A program made the translations under genes and the position numbers. The notes beneath the pieces were generated by a model. It was not told the origin of the DNA. It searched no databases and worked only from the letters and a program-made list of their open reading frames with translations. Shown here piece after piece: positions 38,173 to 48,400 of a DNA stretch of 64,000 bases (its first letter is position 1; every line of letters starts with the position of its first letter). The DNA is from an uncultured Haloferula sp. (GTDB lineage Bacteria > Verrucomicrobiota > Verrucomicrobiia > Verrucomicrobiales > Akkermansiaceae), in the NCBI GenBank assembly GCA_965652295.1, contig CBFGTS010000005.1, forward strand, positions 96,001 to 160,000, given 5' to 3'.

Positions 38173-38324
38173 GGGCTTCGGCAAGGAACGCCGCCGACCC
38201 CTCAGGGTCAAGCCCGTGGATTCGGCGCGGCGGCGGAGGCCAATGCGGGCTGGACCTCCACCAGGCAGCCCTCCTAGACTGCGAACCGAAGGGCAGCGGC
38301 AGACCACCGCGCCGATTACGCCGA

Positions 38325-39368
38325 ATGAACCCACCCCGTCGCGTCACCATCAAGGACATTGCTCGCGTCGCGGGGTTGAGCACGGCCGCGGTTTCCCAGG
38401 CGTTGCGCCCGCAGCCGACGTCCAACATCAAGCTGAACCCCCAGACCGCCGAACGGGTGCGGTTGGTGGCCCAGCAGCTCAATTATCAGCCTCACGCCGG
38501 GGCGCGCTCGATCCGCTCGAACCGCTTCCACAACATCGGCTATTTCGCCGCCAAGACGGGCCTGCTGACGCCGACCCCGGTCGGATACCTGGCCGGAGTC
38601 CACGACATCGCCGAAGAGCACGAATTCCGGATGACCCTCATCCGGCTGCCCGTGACCACCGATGACTATGGGAAAGCCATGCCCAGCGTCTTTTCCGAGC
38701 GGAACATCGATGCGATCATCATCGAAAGTTACAGCGAGCTGGCCCACCAGATCTACGACCAGATCCGCGCCATCCGCCTGCCCATCATCTTCATCAACGA
38801 CCGGAACGACTCCAACTCGGTTTATGTGGACGACGTCTGGGGAGCCACCGAGGTCACCCAGCACCTGATCGACAAGGGCTACCGGAAGATCGGGTTCATC
38901 CAACGGAAGATCGAAGGAGGCCCGCCGGTCTCCCGCATGCACCACAGCGCACGCGACCGCGCCACGGGTTTCCGGAAGGCGATGAAACGCGCCGGCCGGA
39001 AGCCGGTGTTCCATACGGTGGTGACTTCGGGAGTCGTCGGGGCCGGCGTCAATCTCACCGAAGAAGACTGGCGGGTGATCGCCGGCTTTGATGCCGTCAT
39101 CGCCTACGATGATGACCTCGCCAATCTCATCGCACGGACCGCTTACGACCATGACGTCCGGGTTCCCGATGGCCTCGCCATTGCCGGTTTCAATGGAGAC
39201 TACGCGGCTCTGTCTGCCTGGCAGCGCCTCACGACCGTCCAGATTCCTTCCTACGAGATGGGGCGGAAGGCCGGGGAAATGGCCTTTGAGATGATCAAAA
39301 TGGGGGAAGACGGCTCGCTTCCGTCGTCGGTTCACAAACCGACCCTGGTGGTGGGACAAACGACTTAG
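38325..39368 (+). CDS. LacI-family transcriptional regulator
   Basis: VTIKDIARVAGLSTAAVSQAL HTH, LNYQP..ARS hinge, VPDGLAIAGF, LTTVQIP. Confidence 0.93.
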   Translation: MNPPRRVTIKDIARVAGLSTAAVSQALRPQPTSNIKLNPQTAERVRLVAQQLNYQPHAGARSIRSNRFHNIGYFAAKTGLLTPTPVGYLAGVHDIAEEHEFRMTLIRLPVTTDDYGKAMPSVFSERNIDAIIIESYSELAHQIYDQIRAIRLPIIFINDRNDSNSVYVDDVWGATEVTQHLIDKGYRKIGFIQRKIEGGPPVSRMHHSARDRATGFRKAMKRAGRKPVFHTVVTSGVVGAGVNLTEEDWRVIAGFDAVIAYDDDLANLIARTAYDHDVRVPDGLAIAGFNGDYAALSAWQRLTTVQIPSYEMGRKAGEMAFEMIKMGEDGSLPSSVHKPTLVVGQTT

Positions 39369-39424
39369 GAATCTCCTTCCGCCTCCGAGGCTTCGCTTTC
39401 CGACGGGAAAAGCTACCTTCCCGG

Positions 39425-39495
39425 AAAAGAAAAACCCCCGCCAGATCAAGCTGGCAGGGGCATGGGGACGGCCGGAGAAGCAGGCCTCTCCGGCC
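39425..39495 (-). terminator. Two hairpins with an A-run, likely intrinsic terminator of the minus-strand giant gene
   Basis: AAAAGAAAAA then CCCC-GCCAG-ATCAAG-CTGGC-A-GGGG; second stem GGCCGGAGA/TCTCCGGCC (39470-39495). Confidence 0.65.
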
Positions 39496-39507
39496 GGAGG
39501 TTCGGGC

Positions 39508-42500
39508 TTACTCCAGCTCGACGGTGTAGAACGCCTTTCCGGCGGGTGCCGTCGCGTCAGTGTAGGTGGTCGATGACCCGGCATCGGCGGAGATGCCGGT
39601 CACTTCCAAGTCCACCGTTTGCAGGTCCAGATACCGGCGGACCGTGAACGTCGTCCCCGGTTGGCTCGGCCAGCTGAAGGTGAAGCCATCGCCCGGGTTC
39701 TCGTCCGAGGTCGTCAGCAGGAACCGCGAGGACGGATCCGTGGGATCAAGTCCCAGGCGGAACTCGGTGACGTCCGGCGTGCCATCCGCGTCGAAATCGG
39801 TGGTGGCGTCCTGATCGAGATCCCCGAAGTGATCGAGTTCCCACTGGTCATCAATGCCATCGCCGTCGGAGTCGCCGGCGGAGCTGAGCGGGTTGGCGAG
39901 GTTCTGGGACGTCGGGTCGAAGTAGATGTTGTCGAACAACATCGCGACATCGCCGTTGAACTTCATGAACCAGAGCGTCAACAGCGGGTTGGTGGCCACC
40001 CCGTTGCGGAACGAGGCACCGGAGGCGATCTGGACCACGCCGCTCTGGCCGAGCGGAGTCTCCATGTAGACATCGACCGTATCGGTGTCGTTGTGGATCA
40101 CCATCCAGACGTTGCTCCATTCTCCGAGCGGATATTGGAAACCGCTGATGTTGCCTCCGGCGTTGCGGACGTTGACGTTGCCATTGTTGTAGCCCATCTG
40201 CGCTTCGAAGTCGCCGGTGCCGGTGGGAGTGGCCACGTCGCTGAGACCCCAGGTCTTGTCCATGGTGGTGGTGGTATCGGTCCGGACCTGGAAGAACAGC
40301 GTGCCGGTATTGCCGTTGAGCAGGTGAAGCTGCAAGGCCGAGAGCGACTTGCGCATGTTTCCGGTCACCCACGAACCAGCCTGATCACCTCCGGCAGGGT
40401 CATTGACCACGGTGGCGGTGCCGGTGGTGGTCCAGCCGTTGACGCCGTTGAACGTCTGGCCGACGACCATTCCGGATCCCTCGAAGTCTTCGATGAGCGA
40501 CCATCCTGCCGTCTGCGGAGGCGTGCTGCCGGCATCGGCCGGATCGCTGCCGTTCGTCACTTCATAGCCATCGCCGAAGCCATCGCCGTCCGAATCGATG
40601 ATGAGCGGATCACTGCCGTGGGTGTTGACTTCGTCACCATCGTTGAGGCCGTCGCCATCGCTGTCGGCCACCAGCGGATCCGTGAAGTGATCGTTCACTT
40701 CGGCACCGTCGGGCAGGCCGTCGCTGTCGGTATCGACCAGCGTCGGGTTGGTGCCGGCGGTGAATTCCCCGGTGTTGTCGAGGTCATCGCCGCTGCCTTC
40801 GTCGAGGTCGTCGGTTCCGTCCTGACTCGTGATGCCGTAGAACGCGAGCCACGAGTCCGGCACGGTGTCGCCGGTGCTCGAGAAGAAGCTCGTCTTGTCC
40901 GTCGGATTGGTGCCGTTGGCGGCCTCGACCAGGTTGGTGTCGAAATCGGCGTCCGGATCGGCACCGGGAGCGCCGTTCGGATTGCTCAGACTGCCGAAGT
41001 AGAACATCTCGAAGTCCTCGTCCGGAAGGTCGTCGCCATCGATGTCGTCCGGCACGGAGTCCGAATTGGTGGGATCGCTGCCGCCGAGCTGCTCGTTGCC
41101 CAGGTTCACGCCATCGGCGTCGCCGGCTTGGGAGGTTCCATTCTGGGTGTTGGCGGCACCGAAGAAGTGGACTTCCCAAGCATCATAGAGCCCGTCGAGG
41201 TCGGCATCCACCAAGGCGTCGGCGTTCTGCGGGCCGGCAACGGTGTTGACCTGCGCGGCGGCACCGGTGAGGGCACCATCGTAGATCCGGACTTCGTTGT
41301 AGGACGCGTTCGCCGTCTCGTCGGCGAAGATCGACTGGCCGAGCCAGTTGTTCACGTCATTGAAGGTGGCCAGCGAACGGTCGGTGTCGAACGAGCCCTG
41401 GGCATAGAAAATGCCCGTCGTATCACCCGCCGGGGCAACCCGCCAGCGGACCCGCGTCCCGGTCTCCAGAGGGAACGGATCGTTGAGCGTGTTCACCGCC
41501 GGAGTGAGCGTCACGACAATGTGATACTCGGTGCCGAGCGCGTAGGGCGCGTTCGTGTTGTTGACCAGGGTGCTGGTGGCAGTGGCCCAGCCAATGCGGT
41601 CGGAATTGATGTTCGTGCCCTGGGTCCAGGACATGAACAGCGCGTCGGTGGTGGTGCCGTTGTTGAAGCTGAACACCCGGCTCCAGTTATGGACGCTTAG
41701 CTGCGTGGCCCAGAGTTCCAAGCTCACCGGCGTCATTTTCCCTTGGAGCAGGTTGCTGCCGAGGCTGACGTAGTCCGACGAGGCCTTCGCTCCGCCGGCG
41801 AGGGTGATGTTGTCGGGGTTCTGCGTCACGTCATTGGCTCCGACTTCCACGATCGTGGCATCGGACCCGCCCACCGAGTCGGTGAGGTCGCCGTTGAAAC
41901 TCCAACGGTGGATGAGCTGCGGACGGGCCGGGGACCAGGCCGCGTCGTTCGGATCCGAGCCGGCGTCGTGCTCCTGCTTGTTGGTGAAGCCGTCGCCGTC
42001 CGGATTTGCAGCGGAGTCGTTGAACGTCGTGTTCAAACCGTGCAGGGTTTCCCACGCATCATTCATGCCGTCGGTGTCGGAGTCCGGCCAATCGGTCGCG
42101 TCGCTGCCGGCGGTATCGGCCGCGAATTCTTCCGCGTTCGTCGCGAAGTCGCCGTCGGGATCATCGGTGCCGTCAAAATCGAGGTTGCCGAAGTTCGTCA
42201 TTTCCCAGTCATCGTCGAGGCCATCGGCATCGGAGTCGGCCGGGAAGGAATTGGGGTCGGTGGGGTCGGAACCGCCGGCGATCTCGGCCGCATTGGAGAA
42301 GGTGTCATTGTCGGAATCGGCGGCACCGGTGGTGACGGCGAGCTCTCCCGTGGTGGGGTTGTCGTCGTTGTTGCCCCAGTAGCGGTCTTCGTCGAAGTCG
42401 CTGAGTCCGTCGTCATCGCTATCGCGATCCTGCACGGTGAGGACGACCTCGTCCCAGCCGGGCCAGGTGCCGCTGACGGTGTTGTGGATGCCCACCCCGA

Positions 42501-44097
42501 TGGGGCGGCCGATGGCCGGGCTGTCACTCGGAACCTCATAGGTGATGGTGTAGCTACCGTCCGAGGTGCCGTTCTGCGCGGTGCCCGGGATTTCGATGAA
42601 ACCGAGGGAAACGTGGGAGGCATCGAAGATGAGGGCCGTGTTGCCGGTGGCGTAGCCGTTCACCCGGTTGTAGGTGAGGCGCAGCACATCCCCTTCCTGC
42701 GCCACGTAGGCGCTCATGTTCTTCGCGCCGTTGCCCGCCTGGGTGAAGGCATGGACCGCCCCGTGGGTCTGACCGCCGGCTTCCACGCCGCTGTCATTGG
42801 ACACGGTCGTTTTTCCCGCCCAGGTCGTCCAGGCATCGATGTTGTTGGGGTCCGCGGCATCCCAGCCCTGCTTGAAGTCCGTGCCAACGGCCACGCCACT
42901 GCGGAACTCGAAGCTGCCGTTGCGTTTCTCCAGGCCGATCAGTTCGTGAAGCGACGGGAAGTCGCTCACGTCGTTGGCATCCGTGCCGTAGAGGAACTCG
43001 TCGGGATCGGTGAAGCCGTCGAAGTCGGTATCCTCGAAGAGCGGGTCGGTCGGATCGTTCGGCCCGATCGGGTTGAGCGTACCGTTGATCTCGTCTCCGT
43101 CGGAGAGGCCATCAGCATCGCTATCCGGATCCAGCGGGTCGGTCGGCACATTGAAGAATGGATTGAGGTCGCCGGAGACCTCGTCGCCATCGTTGATGCC
43201 GTCGCTGTCGCTATCGCCCACCGTCGGATTGGTGCCTTCGCTCTGCTCGTCCACGTTGGGCAGCCCGTCACTGTCATTGTCGAGCGAGCCTCCGCCGTTG
43301 CCGTTGCCGGTGGCGGTCGTGAGATCGCCGAAATGGAAGAGTTCCCAGCCGTCATCGAGGTCGTCGTTGTCGGTATCCGCAGTCGGATCGCTCAAGTCCT
43401 GGGCGGCGGGGTCGACGTAGAGGTCGTCGACGTAGAGGTCCGTGCCCGCCCCGTTGCACAACATCGCGAATGCCTGGAGCGGGTTGGCGGCGACGCCATT
43501 GCGGAAATTCCACGTGCCGTCGGGAGCCATGAGTTCCGTCTGGGTGGCGAAAGCGGCGTCTCCGTCGCTCTGCATGAAAACCCGGTAGGTGTCCGCGCTG
43601 TTGTTCGCCACCACCCAGATCTTGTACCAGACATCCGCCAGCAGCGCCGGACGGTTCGCCACCGGTAAAGTGACACCGCCGTCACGGGCACCGAAAGCCT
43701 CGCCGATGACGAAGGTCTGCGCCTCGAAGGTCGAGAAGTCGGTCAGCGACGGAGGACTTTGGTCGGACAGGCCCAAGGAAATGTCATTGGTCGCCGAGGT
43801 TCGCCGCACCCGGTAGAACATCGTGCCGGTCGCGCCATTGGCGATGGGCGTCGGCAACATCTTGTAGGCATCGTTGATCCCCGTGTGTCTCAGGATCTGG
43901 TTGGCGCTGTCGTCGGGATCGACCGCCACGGTGGAGGTGGTGGTGTCGCCGGCCGTGACGACCCAGCCGTTCTGGCCGCCGATTCCCCCGGGGTTCAGGG
44001 CGTTGAAGCGTTCGACCGGTGTGAGTGCCGCGTGGACCGAACCCGCGGCGGCGAACACCGCGAGCGGTGTCAGCCATGGATGAGCGAAGGATTTCAT
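39508..44097 (-). CDS. Giant secreted protein with many DxDxDG (thrombospondin-3-like) repeats, a LamG-like domain, two homologous beta-sandwich domains and a C-terminal 'FY' domain
   Basis: Signal peptide MKSFAHPWL...VHA; repeated DSDGDGL.D..E...GTDP; HRWSF...YNEVRIY; ends TDATAPAGKAFYTVELE. Confidence 0.88.
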   Translation of the reverse strand: MKSFAHPWLTPLAVFAAAGSVHAALTPVERFNALNPGGIGGQNGWVVTAGDTTTSTVAVDPDDSANQILRHTGINDAYKMLPTPIANGATGTMFYRVRRTSATNDISLGLSDQSPPSLTDFSTFEAQTFVIGEAFGARDGGVTLPVANRPALLADVWYKIWVVANNSADTYRVFMQSDGDAAFATQTELMAPDGTWNFRNGVAANPLQAFAMLCNGAGTDLYVDDLYVDPAAQDLSDPTADTDNDDLDDGWELFHFGDLTTATGNGNGGGSLDNDSDGLPNVDEQSEGTNPTVGDSDSDGINDGDEVSGDLNPFFNVPTDPLDPDSDADGLSDGDEINGTLNPIGPNDPTDPLFEDTDFDGFTDPDEFLYGTDANDVSDFPSLHELIGLEKRNGSFEFRSGVAVGTDFKQGWDAADPNNIDAWTTWAGKTTVSNDSGVEAGGQTHGAVHAFTQAGNGAKNMSAYVAQEGDVLRLTYNRVNGYATGNTALIFDASHVSLGFIEIPGTAQNGTSDGSYTITYEVPSDSPAIGRPIGVGIHNTVSGTWPGWDEVVLTVQDRDSDDDGLSDFDEDRYWGNNDDNPTTGELAVTTGAADSDNDTFSNAAEIAGGSDPTDPNSFPADSDADGLDDDWEMTNFGNLDFDGTDDPDGDFATNAEEFAADTAGSDATDWPDSDTDGMNDAWETLHGLNTTFNDSAANPDGDGFTNKQEHDAGSDPNDAAWSPARPQLIHRWSFNGDLTDSVGGSDATIVEVGANDVTQNPDNITLAGGAKASSDYVSLGSNLLQGKMTPVSLELWATQLSVHNWSRVFSFNNGTTTDALFMSWTQGTNINSDRIGWATATSTLVNNTNAPYALGTEYHIVVTLTPAVNTLNDPFPLETGTRVRWRVAPAGDTTGIFYAQGSFDTDRSLATFNDVNNWLGQSIFADETANASYNEVRIYDGALTGAAAQVNTVAGPQNADALVDADLDGLYDAWEVHFFGAANTQNGTSQAGDADGVNLGNEQLGGSDPTNSDSVPDDIDGDDLPDEDFEMFYFGSLSNPNGAPGADPDADFDTNLVEAANGTNPTDKTSFFSSTGDTVPDSWLAFYGITSQDGTDDLDEGSGDDLDNTGEFTAGTNPTLVDTDSDGLPDGAEVNDHFTDPLVADSDGDGLNDGDEVNTHGSDPLIIDSDGDGFGDGYEVTNGSDPADAGSTPPQTAGWSLIEDFEGSGMVVGQTFNGVNGWTTTGTATVVNDPAGGDQAGSWVTGNMRKSLSALQLHLLNGNTGTLFFQVRTDTTTTMDKTWGLSDVATPTGTGDFEAQMGYNNGNVNVRNAGGNISGFQYPLGEWSNVWMVIHNDTDTVDVYMETPLGQSGVVQIASGASFRNGVATNPLLTLWFMKFNGDVAMLFDNIYFDPTSQNLANPLSSAGDSDGDGIDDQWELDHFGDLDQDATTDFDADGTPDVTEFRLGLDPTDPSSRFLLTTSDENPGDGFTFSWPSQPGTTFTVRRYLDLQTVDLEVTGISADAGSSTTYTDATAPAGKAFYTVELE

Positions 44098-44413
44098 GAG
44101 GTTTTTGAGGTGATGGGTTTCGAGGACAAGGGGTCGGGCGCTTTTTGATGCCGGGAAGAAACCCGTTGCGGTGCCCTCCCGTCGTCCGCGCGGGGCAGCA
44201 ATCCGCGCGTGTAAAGCCCTGCCCGAACCGATGACTCGTAGCACCGCGAACCTTAGCGGATAATCGAAGGTTTTTTTGGGACCCCCCCTCGCACGCGGAC
44301 TTTGGCCGCGGCCGCCGCAGGCCTGAACCCATCCCGTCGATCCACGACCGACGACCTCCTACTCCCGGGCGGGCAGAGCCACGCGGTCGATGACCACCCC
44401 CGGGTCGAAGATA

Positions 44414-44587
44414 TCACGCCTCGTGCACCAGCGCGGTCGGCTGCAAGGTCTGCCCCGGCTTTTCCGAAGCCATCCGCTTGGCGGCCAGCTGCCGCAGTTC
44501 GTCATACACGACGGGCAACAATTCCTCGGACCGGAGCGCCTCAGCCGATCCCAAGGCTTTCATCACTCTGGAAAAATCGTCGGCCAT
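44414..44587 (-). pseudogene. Truncated ECF sigma factor of the TIGR02999 (Planctomycete/Verrucomicrobia) type
   Basis: EELLPVVYDELRQLAAKRMASEKPGQTLQPTALVHEA, then TGA, then YLR, after which similarity is lost. Confidence 0.8.
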
Positions 44588-44663
44588 GAGGACAACGGAG
44601 CCTAGTTGCCAACCGCGGCTTGTCGACGTGCAACTCTCCGGATTGAGGCCATCGATGCAGGGT

Positions 44664-45389
44664 TCACCGTCGCGGTTCGAGCCGGATCCAGCGGGCCAGC
44701 GGCAGTTCGAGGCGGTGGATCTCGGCTGCGGCGAGGGCCGCGACACTCCGTGCGCCGGTTTCCGAAAAATGGGTGTCGTCGCCGGCGAAATGGAACCGCT
44801 CCGACCCGTCCGGACCGGCCGCGGATTCCATCTCGAAGGTCAGGTCGTGGAGCTCGAGCAAGGGGACTTTTTCCTCGGCCGCGACCGCCCGGGCGGCGGC
44901 GGGATAATCGCCCAGGGAGCTGAAGAATTCGCCGGATGCGTTCCACCGCCGGCGGACCACGGAAGTGGCCACGATCGGGGTCACCGATTTTTCCCGGGCC
45001 TCGCGGATGAAGCGGCGGAGGTTCTCGCGATACGCTCCGTCCGCGGCCGCGTGCAGCTTGGGCTCGCCTTCCTTCTGATCGTTGTGGCCGAACTGGATGA
45101 TCAGCCAGTCGCCCTTCTTCATCGAATCCAGCACCTTCTTCCAGCGTCCTTCATCGATGAACGATTTGGTGCTGCGACCGTTGAGCGCGTGATTGGCGAC
45201 CTTTGCAGGCGGTTTGACGAACTCGGGCAGAAGCTGGCCCCATCCGCGTTCCGGGTGGTCGAGGCGGGGTTTGTCCGCCATGGTGGAATCGCCGATCAGG
45301 TGGAGGGTCGGAGCGGCCTCGAGAGCCATCGGGACGAATCCAAGGCAGACGAGGAGCGGGGCGATCGGTTTCAGGATCACGTGGAGCAT
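44664..45389 (-). CDS. Secreted rhamnogalacturonan acetylesterase-like SGNH esterase (CE12-like)
   Basis: IGDSTM, GWGQ, NHA.NGRSTKSF..EGRW, IQFGHND, DDTHF. Confidence 0.88.
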   Translation of the reverse strand: MLHVILKPIAPLLVCLGFVPMALEAAPTLHLIGDSTMADKPRLDHPERGWGQLLPEFVKPPAKVANHALNGRSTKSFIDEGRWKKVLDSMKKGDWLIIQFGHNDQKEGEPKLHAAADGAYRENLRRFIREAREKSVTPIVATSVVRRRWNASGEFFSSLGDYPAAARAVAAEEKVPLLELHDLTFEMESAAGPDGSERFHFAGDDTHFSETGARSVAALAAAEIHRLELPLARWIRLEPRR

Positions 45390-45485
45390 GAGGTGTTGCG
45401 GTGCGGGGTGGAGGAAGAATGCAATGAACCATGCCGCGGAGATCGGCGAGTTCTTTTGCCCAACAGAACCCGTCGCTCCCTGCGT

Positions 45486-48400
45486 TCACGGAGAGATGCG
45501 GATCCGGTAGAACCCGCGTGGCGGATCCTCCGGCAGCGGATCGCTTTTTTCCAACGAGCCGCCGGTCCCCGTCAGGGGATCTCCGAAGGGCTGCCATGAG
45601 CCGGGGGTGAGGTCGGGGGAAAACTCGATCTGATAGACGTGCCCGATCACCGAGGCCCCGATGGTCATGTGGAGCTGTCCGGAACCTGTGCCGGACCCGT
45701 CGAACATCAGGCGGGAGGCGGCGAGTTCCGCGGCGGTGATGGGTGCGGGAGCCGTGGTGGCGCTGGCTTCATCGGACTCCGCTCCTTCTCCGGCCGCATT
45801 GCCGCTACGGACGACGTAGTAGTAGGTCGTGGTCGGATCGAGGCCGAGGTCGCTGAAGGTGGTGGTTGTGACATCGCCGGAGATCGTGGTGTAGGGTCCG
45901 CCGCTTTGAGTGGAGCGCCCGACGGTGTAGCGCGAGGCTCCGTCAACGGCGGCCCAAGTCAGATCGACGCGGCTTTCCGAAACCGTGGTGGCAACAAGAC
46001 CCGGCGAAACCAAGGGCGGCGTGCTGTAGAGGAGCTGGTCGGGGCCGAGCGCGGTGTCCGAAAGACGGACGTTGTCGATGAAGCCGAAGAAGCGGTCGGC
46101 GTGCGCTCCATCCCACAGGCCGCGGCCGACGGAGATCACACCCGCGTCCCAGTCCGAGCCATCGCCCGCACCGATGGCGAGGGCGGGATCGGAGCTGGAG
46201 GAAAGGTCGGCGGTGCCGAGCAAGGTGTAGGTGGCGTCGCCGCTTGAGAGGTTCCGGTGGTAGAGGGAAAGCGTGTTGCCATCCGAAGCCGCGGCCACCG
46301 CGTGCCATTGGTCGGCGGTGATGGTTCCGCTGGCGGAAACCACCTCCCGGATATTTCCGGCGACATCGGTGTACTGGATGGCGAGGGATGAGCCCCGGGT
46401 TTGGAAATAAAGCACCGAACCATTGCCGGTGCCGGCGTAGTTCCGACTGTCGCGGCCGACGAAGGTGCGGTTTCCGCTGAGGGCATCCGGCCGGATCGCG
46501 GCCTCGATGGTCCACTCGGCCGGGCTCCAGCTGGTAAGCGCGGTGCCGATCGCCGACATGGCGGGGTAGTTGTTGGCAGCTTGGACGCTGAGGGCGTTGG
46601 GCAGGCCGGTCTGCGGTGTGGTGAGGTCGGGCGTGTTGGCGCGATACCACATCCAGTCGGCCGCCCAGGCGGAGAGGTGGTTTCCGTTGCCGGAGCGATC
46701 AATCACGCTGCCATCATACTGGCCGGCGCTGCCCGGAGAGTAGCTGACGTGGGTGTCCGGCTCGCCTTCCTCGAAGGTCCAGTAGGCGACGGGGCCGCGG
46801 GTGGCCGAGGAAGCTTCCTGGCTGTCCGCTTCACCCGCCGCATTCACGGCGCTGACGAGGTAGTGGTAAACCCTGCCGGAATCGAGGCCGTCGTCGCGGT
46901 AGCTGGTGGTGTTCAGATCCGATGCCACGATGGTGTACGGGCCGCCGGAAACATCCGCCCGTTTCACCACATAACTTCCGGCTCCGGCCGCTGCGGTCCA
47001 TGTCAGGTCGATCGCACTCAGCGAAGCCGGCGTCGCCATGAGCCCCGCCGGTGCCTCGGGCGGCGTCATGATCGTGGCCTCCGCGCTGTCGGTGGTGCCG
47101 CCGGAGTTTTCCGCCACGATCATATAATGGTAGGTGCCTCCGGGGGACACTCCATCATCACTGTATTTCGTGCCGGTCATCGAGGTGGCGATCGAAACGT
47201 AGGGGCCGCCGCTCGTCTCCGCGCGCTTTACGGCGTAGTGCGTGGCACCCGCGGCCGGAGCCCAGGTCAGGATGACCTTGCCGGCGGAGAAAGCCGTGGC
47301 CGAGACCGAGGCCGGAGCTTCCGGAAGCGCGGGCGGAGTGCTGTGGAGAAACTCGTCCGGACCGAGTGCGACGTCGGAAAGCCGGATGTTGTCCAGGAAT
47401 CCAAGGAAGCGATCGGTTTGCGCGCCGTTGTAGAGCCCGCGGCCGACGGAGAACTCGCCCGCATTCCAGTCGCTGCCGTCGCCGGAGCCGATGGCCAGCG
47501 CGGGATGGACGCTGGAGGAAATGTCGAGGCTGCCCAGCAAGGTGTAGTTGGCCTCGCCCGTGGTGAGGTTCTTCCGAAAGAGCGAGAGGGTGCTGCCATC
47601 CGAGGTGGCTGCGACCGCCTGCCATTGGTTGGCGACCACGGTGCCGGAAGCGGTGGTGATATTCCAATAATTTCCAGCCACGTCGTGGAACTTGACGGCG
47701 AGCGCCGAACCGACGGTTTGCAGATAAAGGGTCGAGCGCGGGCCGGTGCCGGCGTAGTTGTTGCTGTCGCGGCCGACGAAGGTCTGGTTGCCGCTGGTGG
47801 CGTTCGGGCGGATCGTCGCCTCGATCGTCCATCGCGCCGGGCTCCAGCCGTTGACCGGCGTGCCCACGGTGGTCGAGGAAGGGGCGCTGACGTTGTTCTG
47901 GATACTCAGGGTGTTCGCGGCTCCGGTTTGCGGCGTGGTCGCCGCGGGCACCGCGGCGCGATAGAGGAAGGTATTGCCGGACCAGGGCGACAGATGGTTT
48001 CCATTGCCGGAGACATCGGAAATGCTGCCGATGTAGGTGCCGTCGGTGGCGGGGCCGGGGACCGGCGCGTTGGCTGTGCCTTCCTGAAAGTCCCAGTGCG
48101 CCACCGTGCCGTAGGGTGACGTGGCGACCCCGGCGAGCGAAGCGATTTCGGCCGTTTCCAAGGCGTAGTTGAAGATGCGGAAATCGTCGATCATGCCGGC
48201 GAACAGCGGGTCCGAGGCCCACTGGCTGTCACCGATGTAGTTGAAGGTCGGCGCGAAGTCGGAGGGGTTGATCGTCACCTTGGTGTTGCTTGCCATCGGG
48301 AAGCCGTTGACGAACAGGGTGGCGGTATCGCCCGCCAGCGTCACCGCGACGTGCACCCATTGCTGGGTCGGCAGCCGGGTGGTGCGGACAAACTGCTCGC

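Noticed and set aside
37550..38482. Long N-terminal extension of the ECF sigma ORF
   Set aside because: It overlaps rex in another frame and lacI; low-complexity Arg/Gly/Pro text with no sigma features.
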